Below, one piece after another: positions 57,754 to 64,000 of a DNA stretch of 64,000 bases. The notes beneath the pieces are model-generated. The model did no database searches, was not told the DNA's origin, and was given only the letters and a program-made list of their open reading frames with translations. Origin of the DNA: Paenibacillus thalictri (GTDB taxonomy: Bacteria; Bacillota; Bacilli; Paenibacillales; NBRC-103111); assembly GCF_004307995.1 (NCBI RefSeq), contig NZ_SIRE01000004.1, positions 403,309 to 467,308 of the forward strand. The letters run 5' to 3'. Positions within the stretch are counted from its first letter, which is position 1. Every line of letters starts with the position of its first letter. Position numbers and translations under genes: made by a program.

Positions 57754-60700
57754 TCATCCTTCCCAGCGATCTTCGTTAAAAAATTTAAGCAACGCGTTCT
57801 GTACGCTATCGGTCAGAAAAGGACTCTTGCCCCGTAGCACGTCAGGTTGATCCAGACGGGCGAGGAAATCACCCTTGCCGCCGAGCCGTTCCGCTCCTTC
57901 CTCGTCCAAAATGATTTTCGACGCGTGATGATCCGTCGCCCTTAGCGCCAGTCTTGCCGGCAGGTTGTTGCGGATATTGGTCGGCACGATATCGGCTTTC
58001 GGGCTTTGCGTACAAATTAGCAAATGAATGCCTGCTGCGCGAGCCTTGGCACCCAAGCGAGTGATGGCGCCTTCAACACGGCTGCTTAAGCTTTTATTCT
58101 GCAGCATGAAGTCAGCAAACTCATCAAACACGATAACCAACCTCGGCAGCTTGGCGCCGGTTGCTCGATTATACTGATCGATGCTGTTCACATCCGCTTG
58201 TTCAAAGCGCGCATACCGCTGCTCCATCTCGTCAACCAGCCGTTCCAGCATAGTGACGGCTTCTTCAATCTCAATAATGACCTGCAAAGTGTGTCGCTTG
58301 TTTTTATATTTGCTGAATTCGACCTTCTTTGGATCAATGAAAACAAATTGCACGTGCTGCGGTTCATACAAGCACATCATGGCGAGAATGATTGAATTGA
58401 TCGTTACACTCTTACCGCTGCCCGTCCTCCCCCCTATCAACAAATGTGGAGTCTCGGGACTGGAGAAATCCATGTAGATCATTTCTTTCAATTGACCAAC
58501 GCCAAGCGGTGCTATTAACCGACCTTCCAGTTCGTTGGCCAGCACTTGTGTTCTCACCTGCTGCATGAAGGCCTCGAAATAAACAACAGCCGGCTTATAG
58601 CGATTAATGTCAATGTTGATTTTACCGCCTCTAATCTTGATTAGCGGCGGTCCGCAGTCCAACCAAAGCTGAATTTCCTGCGCTCTGCTTTCAATGCTGC
58701 TGAAGGGCTTATCGATCGGGATTTGCAGCATGATACGAATGACACTCACGCCAACGACCGTGTCCGTAATCGTGATACGAATGCCGAGCTGATGGAAATT
58801 GGCGCGCAGCTTGCGGTGGTAGCCTTCGACCAACAACGCGAGGTCTTCGTCTTCACCGGCAATCGGAGCAAGCTCACCGGCCAATGCCAATTGCTCAGGA
58901 TTGACCGCCTCAGATGGCGCCTTGGCGGCAGCGACCAACGCACGAGCTTCACTCAGCTCAGCCAGGGCATAGACTGTTTCTGCGCTGCCTATGCACTCAG
59001 ATTCATCAAACCGCTCGATTTGCCCAACAGTACTAGCTATTTCTTTGCGCTCTTCAAGCCGTTCGCTCGCTTCGTCAAGCTCTGCCGTCCTGGCCTGGCT
59101 CGGCAATTCTGTCGTCAGTTGCCGAGCATTACCTTCTTCCTCGTCCTTCACTTCCGTAAACGTCAGCTTGCCTGCTACAATCTCTTCGGCTTGTTCGACT
59201 TCCGAATAATCCGGATCAATACTTTCGGCCGAAGCGCCAAGCGCTTTTAAAATATACGACCGGTTATAAATATGATTCACAAATTCGTTGTACAATAGCT
59301 CCGTCTGATATCCACCTTGATGATCTGCCATCAACGTGCGTTCAAGCAGATTTGACGTGTACACGAACGTATCGATGGCCCCAGCGAACGACACGTCAAT
59401 TTGTTGCAGCGAAATATCCTGCAGTTCCTTAAGCAACACGGAATGTTCCACCGAATATACACCAAACTCGAGCAAATAATAGACAAGCTCCTTGCGCATC
59501 AACTCGGCGCTTGCGCTCAACTGCTCAAAATCGAACCGGTTGCGGTAAAGCTCAAGCCCCGCCCGCACCTGCTTGATGGCATCGTAGCGTTCCGCCTCGA
59601 AGCTGCCATAAGCTATAAATTTCATTTCGATCAGATCAAAATGAACCCTGATGCGTTCTCCGTCACGAGTAATGCGAGTGCCGACCAAATCCGGTCGCCG
59701 CTGGGAACCGTGAAACCATGGTAGCTCGTCACAGACCGACCAAACTGTCAGCGCATCCCCATCAGTCCGCACGCGGGCCTGCGTGGATAAATACATGGCC
59801 ATCAGCTCATGCGCGAACTTGCCCGGTCCTATCGCCCGAAGCACGACGCCTCCGGAAATTTCCTGAACCTTCTCGACCGCTTCTACTAACTTGCGGCGAT
59901 CAATATGATCGTTCTTGAGCAGTACCACGAACTTCTGATACAACCGATCGTAGTAAGCGTGGTCCACTGTGCCATGGACTAGCTTCCGAATATACTTGGA
60001 GGACGAGAGAATCGAGCGAAATTCTTTATTCTTACCTACTTTGGATTTGTACTTGATGATTTGCGCTTCCGATGAAACGTTGCGCAGCAGCGATTTATCT
60101 AAATATCGGTCAATGAACAACGACCAGTTGAAGGTTTGGTGCATAAAGGTAATAAGCGAAGCATCCTCCGTACGGTGCAGGGAGATCACATTACGCAGCA
60201 AGAAATGCTCCTCGGGCTCCATGACCTGATTCGTCTGCAGCACCGCCTGCAGCTGATAGAACAACTGCAGCACTTTCGGTAGCTTCTCGCTGATGAAGCT
60301 GATCTTTTTGACTGCATCGTCCTTCTTCATGGGTTCTTTGTAGATTGTCTCAAACCAGTCTGTGGAGGGCTCCACTCGAACTTTCTCCAGCTTGTACTGA
60401 ATGCCTGCGGTTTGGCCAAAATAGTTGACCAACACGCCAATATCGGCGTCCTGAATCGCTCCTGTAATACTTGCCTTGATCTTGTTAATTTCCTGCTCGG
60501 CAATAATCTGAATCTCTACTCGTGGAAAGCCGTTTACCTTCTGTATGTAAGATTCTTCCTGAGCCAGCCAGCCATTCAAGGAAGCATGAAGTTCAGCGCC
60601 GCATTGATCACTGTGAATCGTCGCCTTGATCTTCCTGATCGACGTATGTCTCAGCACGGTATCAATAGCTTTAACGATATATTTGGCATGTGAACAGTAA

Positions 60701-62910
60701 AGGAAGACGAAGTCCAAGCAGTCCTTGGCATAAGGATACACTTCCAAATAAGTCTTTACCGTGCTCAGAAACTCTTCGGCAAACGTGTCGACCAGTTGGT
60801 CCTCCCCGCTGCGCTGTCCATTCAAGGTAAAGACGCCTTCGCCCATGCTAGCCTGCCGCTCGATCAGGTACTGATCGTTTGTCCCTTCCAGGACATAATA
60901 AACAGGCGAAAGATGCGCCGTCGCTTCAGCGATGCTCTGAATGTAATCGCTCAGATGGCCCGCCGCCAGCCGCCCTTCAGACAAACCGTCCATCCACGCG
61001 AGAAGTTCCAGCTTCAAACGAGCCATCCGTTTGGCATAGCTAATCAAGCGAATCGGATTCAGCAGCGTCAGCGTGCGCTCGTGAGGGTAACCCACTTCAT
61101 GCGACTGACAGCTCAGTCGATCAATCGCTCCCAATAAGCCCACATACTGATACACATCCCTGGCAAGGATGGACGTCTGAATGCCGGTCAGCACTTCTTC
61201 CAGCGCCTGTTCCAATGCATCTACGTCCAGGCTACCCAGACCATGTACCACGATTTCTTGTAACAAAGCGGTATATCCCGTCAAGAAGCTGACAAAATGG
61301 TCGTAGGCAATTTGCGTCTTGTGTTCCCCCCTAGCCTGCTCGGTAGCGATATATCCAGATACCCGCTTCCCTACCTCAGCCAGCACATCCACTTTCTGAG
61401 TAACCCGGCCGGCGTATTCGCGGACGTAAGGCACATGTCCGTTTTCCTCCAGCACGCCTAACAACGCCGCCAATTGGCCGCTGCCAGCTTGCAGCAGCTT
61501 GAATTTCTTTTTGATGGCTTTGTCTCTGGCAACAAGCATCAGTTGAAACGAAACATCGCTCTCCTTGTCCTTCTCACCGATGGCCTCCTCAAGCGATTTG
61601 GCGTCAAAATGTATTTTGCCCGTCAGTTTCTCCAAATGACCTAAATGGAAAGCGAGCATCTTGCGCTGTCCCTCGCTCACCTTGCTTGCAACTTTCAGCA
61701 CAAAATGTGTCTGCGCCGGCTCAAGCATATCCTCCTCACTGAACTCCTCCAGCAAGCGGAAACTTTCCTGCAGCAATGCCTCGGACAGCTCTGTATATTC
61801 ATGCAGTTGGCGCTGGCGTTCTGCAATTCGTTCCAGCTCCTTACGCAGCGGCTTATTCTCTTGCAATTCCTGTGTGAATTCGTCCAGAAACGACTGGATT
61901 ACATCAGGGTTGTTGCCCTCATCAATCGCTTCCAGCGCTTCCGCCAGTATTTGCTTCTGCTTCGCATCAAGCGGTGTGCCCAGTGTATCCGTGAAATCTC
62001 GGAGCTTCTCCGGCGTTTTCTGCTTTTTTATTTTGAAGGACAGCGCTTGATGTGCCACCTCAAATTCATAATACAAGAACTGCGGTTTGTGATGATGGAT
62101 AAAGGACAGCGCTTGTTCCTTGAAAGCGTCCGGTTCGACACTCTCCCAAACCTCATGCAAGTATCCATTTTCCTCTTCTTTGGCAAGAAAGGCATATAAA
62201 TTCTCAATCATGTCTTCCTTGCTTGCCGATCTACCGTCTTTCTCCAGGCGGGCCAGCTGGTAATTTTTGCGTAACCTCTGCTCCCCTTCTTTAGAGAACT
62301 TTAGTGAACGATCACGGAACAACTGCAACTGCGGCAGATTACGATTGATATTGTCCACCATCGACTGCTCGGGATGACATAAAACCGCCTCAAGAAACAA
62401 CAAGACATTGCGTAACTGGGGCTCAGCGATTTTGGCATATAGAACAAAAAAATTGCGAAGCATCTCCAGCTCCTGACCGTAGATACCATACGTCTCAGCC
62501 AACATGTTGTACAGGATCGACAGACCCTCTGTTCGCATCAATCTGGCTTCATCAATCGTGAAAATGTTTTCCAAACTCTGTGCCTCAGCTGAATGCTCCG
62601 TCATCGCAATAATCAATGCATGACCGGCTGCCGTATTGTTGCGTAACCATGTGCTTGTCTCATGCTCACGGCACCCATAACGTTCGAAACCCGCCACGGG
62701 AGAGAGCGTGCGAATTACAGGCTTATAGACAGCCGCCAGCTCGGCCTCTGCTGCCTGCAGTTCACCAATTACCGCTGGCCAGACTGCTTCGTCGACACCA
62801 GATATTTTGATAAACAACTTATCGCCGTTCTGATTTTTCTGTTCCTTGCTGTACTGCCTGACCAATTCCACTATCCACTTACCAAGCAGCACCTGATTCG
62901 AATTAGACAT
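57754..62910 (-). CDS. 1718-aa protein with C-terminal FtsK/SpoIIIE-type DNA-translocase ATPase domain (DndH/SspH-like candidate); start re-assigned to ATG 62910
   Basis: C-terminal Walker A LLIGGRTGSGKSVTINS, Walker B RLVIVFDEFADFM, and LICTQSP...R finger region typical of FtsK/SpoIIIE. RBS GGAGGG 5 nt before MSNSNQVL. 8-nt overlap (ATGTCTAA) with the upstream gene. Confidence 0.7.
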   Translation of the reverse strand: MSNSNQVLLGKWIVELVRQYSKEQKNQNGDKLFIKISGVDEAVWPAVIGELQAAEAELAAVYKPVIRTLSPVAGFERYGCREHETSTWLRNNTAAGHALIIAMTEHSAEAQSLENIFTIDEARLMRTEGLSILYNMLAETYGIYGQELEMLRNFFVLYAKIAEPQLRNVLLFLEAVLCHPEQSMVDNINRNLPQLQLFRDRSLKFSKEGEQRLRKNYQLARLEKDGRSASKEDMIENLYAFLAKEEENGYLHEVWESVEPDAFKEQALSFIHHHKPQFLYYEFEVAHQALSFKIKKQKTPEKLRDFTDTLGTPLDAKQKQILAEALEAIDEGNNPDVIQSFLDEFTQELQENKPLRKELERIAERQRQLHEYTELSEALLQESFRLLEEFSEEDMLEPAQTHFVLKVASKVSEGQRKMLAFHLGHLEKLTGKIHFDAKSLEEAIGEKDKESDVSFQLMLVARDKAIKKKFKLLQAGSGQLAALLGVLEENGHVPYVREYAGRVTQKVDVLAEVGKRVSGYIATEQARGEHKTQIAYDHFVSFLTGYTALLQEIVVHGLGSLDVDALEQALEEVLTGIQTSILARDVYQYVGLLGAIDRLSCQSHEVGYPHERTLTLLNPIRLISYAKRMARLKLELLAWMDGLSEGRLAAGHLSDYIQSIAEATAHLSPVYYVLEGTNDQYLIERQASMGEGVFTLNGQRSGEDQLVDTFAEEFLSTVKTYLEVYPYAKDCLDFVFLYCSHAKYIVKAIDTVLRHTSIRKIKATIHSDQCGAELHASLNGWLAQEESYIQKVNGFPRVEIQIIAEQEINKIKASITGAIQDADIGVLVNYFGQTAGIQYKLEKVRVEPSTDWFETIYKEPMKKDDAVKKISFISEKLPKVLQLFYQLQAVLQTNQVMEPEEHFLLRNVISLHRTEDASLITFMHQTFNWSLFIDRYLDKSLLRNVSSEAQIIKYKSKVGKNKEFRSILSSSKYIRKLVHGTVDHAYYDRLYQKFVVLLKNDHIDRRKLVEAVEKVQEISGGVVLRAIGPGKFAHELMAMYLSTQARVRTDGDALTVWSVCDELPWFHGSQRRPDLVGTRITRDGERIRVHFDLIEMKFIAYGSFEAERYDAIKQVRAGLELYRNRFDFEQLSASAELMRKELVYYLLEFGVYSVEHSVLLKELQDISLQQIDVSFAGAIDTFVYTSNLLERTLMADHQGGYQTELLYNEFVNHIYNRSYILKALGASAESIDPDYSEVEQAEEIVAGKLTFTEVKDEEEGNARQLTTELPSQARTAELDEASERLEERKEIASTVGQIERFDESECIGSAETVYALAELSEARALVAAAKAPSEAVNPEQLALAGELAPIAGEDEDLALLVEGYHRKLRANFHQLGIRITITDTVVGVSVIRIMLQIPIDKPFSSIESRAQEIQLWLDCGPPLIKIRGGKINIDINRYKPAVVYFEAFMQQVRTQVLANELEGRLIAPLGVGQLKEMIYMDFSSPETPHLLIGGRTGSGKSVTINSIILAMMCLYEPQHVQFVFIDPKKVEFSKYKNKRHTLQVIIEIEEAVTMLERLVDEMEQRYARFEQADVNSIDQYNRATGAKLPRLVIVFDEFADFMLQNKSLSSRVEGAITRLGAKARAAGIHLLICTQSPKADIVPTNIRNNLPARLALRATDHHASKIILDEEGAERLGGKGDFLARLDQPDVLRGKSPFLTDSVQNALLKFFNEDRWEG

Positions 62911-63913
62911 AGCTGCCCTCCATCGCGCTGGCATAAGGATTGTGAATCATCGCGGTCGCATCTGAGAATTCCACCAACAGCCCATTAAGCTTGAGCTTAC
63001 TGCGGAGCGCCTTCTCATTTTCCTGAAAATACCGCACATTTAGCTTCGATCTGGTATAGAGTCCACTGCTCTTTGCCTGCTGTTCGCCGATCACGATGTG
63101 ATAATCCTGGTAGAGCGTCTCAAGGAATTCGTGGTATTCCATCTTTTCCTTAGGCCTTACCTTCGTGAACACAAGCATTTGCAGAAACGAATCCGAGATC
63201 GTGTACCGGTAATTTGCCCCTGAACCCCGACGGAACGTCGCAAAGCCCCCATCACGTGAAAGTGTACGTGTAACGTTCAGTTGGTGCTTCTTCATTTGCT
63301 CAGACACCGCTTCGCGTACTTCCGAATACAGCTTCGTCAACACATCATCGGTCGTGACGCACTTGGCTAGTACACGTTTGATCGCTTCTTTGCGTTTGAC
63401 CATCGATTTGAGACCCAACTTATCGATGAACGCATCAGGATCCAACTTCCAAGCCGGGAGTTGTTCTGCAATCTGCTCAGGCTGCCCTACCGCATGCCTG
63501 AAGTTCTGCTCAAACTCGCGTTCAAAACGACTTTTTATTAAATTCTCATGCTCGTCAAAAATACGTGCAGACTGCTGAAATAACGGTTTATTACCGCCTT
63601 CCAGACAATCGCAGAAATACAAGTGGTCCGAGTCCTCTTGCAGCGAGCGCTCATGCATGTACCGGGCTAACTGGAAACAAACAAGCGAGGTCAGCAGATG
63701 AAACATATCCAGAATTTCGATATCGACCAATAACAATCGCTCAAGCTCATAAGCAAACTGCGTGAACAGTTGCTTATTCTCCTCGTAGGCTGAAGAAGGC
63801 AGCATGGGTACTTCATCCGGAGCATTCTTCCCGGTCCCTGTTTTTTTTGCATACAACTGCCCTCGCTCTTCTTTCTCACGAATTTCAAAGGCACCTGTAA
63901 TTTTCTCCACCAC
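62903..63913 (-). CDS. Hypothetical protein, >=336 aa (frame stays open to the window end, so it may be longer); candidate DndG/SspG-like partner
   Basis: Clean ORF overlapping the downstream giant gene. Frame continues without a stop from 63913 to 64000. No motif recognised. Confidence 0.4.
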   Translation of the reverse strand: MVEKITGAFEIREKEERGQLYAKKTGTGKNAPDEVPMLPSSAYEENKQLFTQFAYELERLLLVDIEILDMFHLLTSLVCFQLARYMHERSLQEDSDHLYFCDCLEGGNKPLFQQSARIFDEHENLIKSRFEREFEQNFRHAVGQPEQIAEQLPAWKLDPDAFIDKLGLKSMVKRKEAIKRVLAKCVTTDDVLTKLYSEVREAVSEQMKKHQLNVTRTLSRDGGFATFRRGSGANYRYTISDSFLQMLVFTKVRPKEKMEYHEFLETLYQDYHIVIGEQQAKSSGLYTRSKLNVRYFQENEKALRSKLKLNGLLVEFSDATAMIHNPYASAMEGSYV

Positions 63914-64000
63914 TTTTTCAATGGCCTTGTTTCTTGTCAGTAGATTGGCAATGCGCGATTCAATAAATGCCCTGCGCTGAGGCTCTCCATCTGTCCCATG

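Noticed and set aside
61645-62199. 184-aa plus-strand ORF inside the FtsK-domain giant
   Set aside because: Antisense; Leu/Gln/Arg-rich mirror of the helical sense protein.
1-64000. CRISPR arrays, rRNA genes, intact tRNA genes, integrase or recombinase genes
   Set aside because: No regularly spaced short direct repeats, no rRNA-like conserved blocks, no complete tRNA cloverleaf, and no tyrosine or serine recombinase signatures were seen in any listed ORF.

Overview
The window reads as a chromosomal segment from a Paenibacillus-like, spore-forming Firmicute. The assignment rests on S-layer-homology (SLH) surface proteins, a YesM/YesN-type two-component system next to a sugar ABC transporter, and SpoVK/CbxX-type AAA proteins. 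Nearly all genes are on the minus strand.

Left third (1-28 kb) looks like ordinary chromosome:
- Kelch protein: >2000 aa, secreted, Kelch repeats. It runs off the window start and the ORF track omits it because its stop lies outside the window.
- Sugar-utilisation genes: an FAD-dependent oxidoreductase, two ABC permeases, a lipoprotein solute-binding protein, and an AraC-type response regulator overlapping an LytS/YesM-like histidine kinase.
- MATE and MFS transporters, two lipoproteins (one a C39-like peptidase).
- SLH surface protein: 2350 aa, with lamin-tail, PHP-like phosphoesterase and cadherin-like modules plus C-terminal SLH repeats.
- HupE/UreJ membrane protein.

Middle (28-37 kb) is visibly more AT-rich and carries gene decay:
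- DUF1643 protein and an AlkD-like DNA alkylation repair protein.
- A truncated PhnD-like fragment, a metallophosphoesterase fragment and an ankyrin-repeat fragment.
- ~85-bp direct repeats flanking a 2.6-kb segment.
- A rearranged tRNA-Arg(UCU)-like remnant.
- An SPFH protein and a sialidase/MFS gene pair.

Right half (37-64 kb) is a dense defence-island-like region with three modules:
1. A minus-strand five-gene operon: CbxX/SpoVK-type AAA+ ATPase, a 310-aa hypothetical, a small metallophosphoesterase, a 255-aa hypothetical and a 1679-aa Sel1-repeat protein. I cannot place it in any named system and flag it as the best candidate for something undescribed.
2. A plus-strand wHTH-WYL regulator (BrxR/CapW-like) followed by an atypical McrBC-like pair. 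The McrB homologue has two tandem AAA+ GTPase modules, the first with degenerate motifs, and no recognisable reader domain. The McrC homologue carries a PD-(D/E)xK motif. A clean terminator follows.
3. A minus-strand cluster resembling a DNA phosphorothioation (Ssp/Dnd-type) modification-restriction locus: PAPS-reductase/PP-loop protein, >1100-aa DUF499/BrxC-like P-loop ATPase, DUF4007-like protein, a 1718-aa protein with a C-terminal FtsK/SpoIIIE ATPase (DndH/SspH-like), and a further gene that runs to the window edge.

Family assignments for module 3 rest on motifs and remembered domain architectures and need HMM confirmation.

ORF starts in the track are often over-extended (TTG/GTG starts allowed, longest ORF taken). 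I corrected several using RBS and overlap logic.
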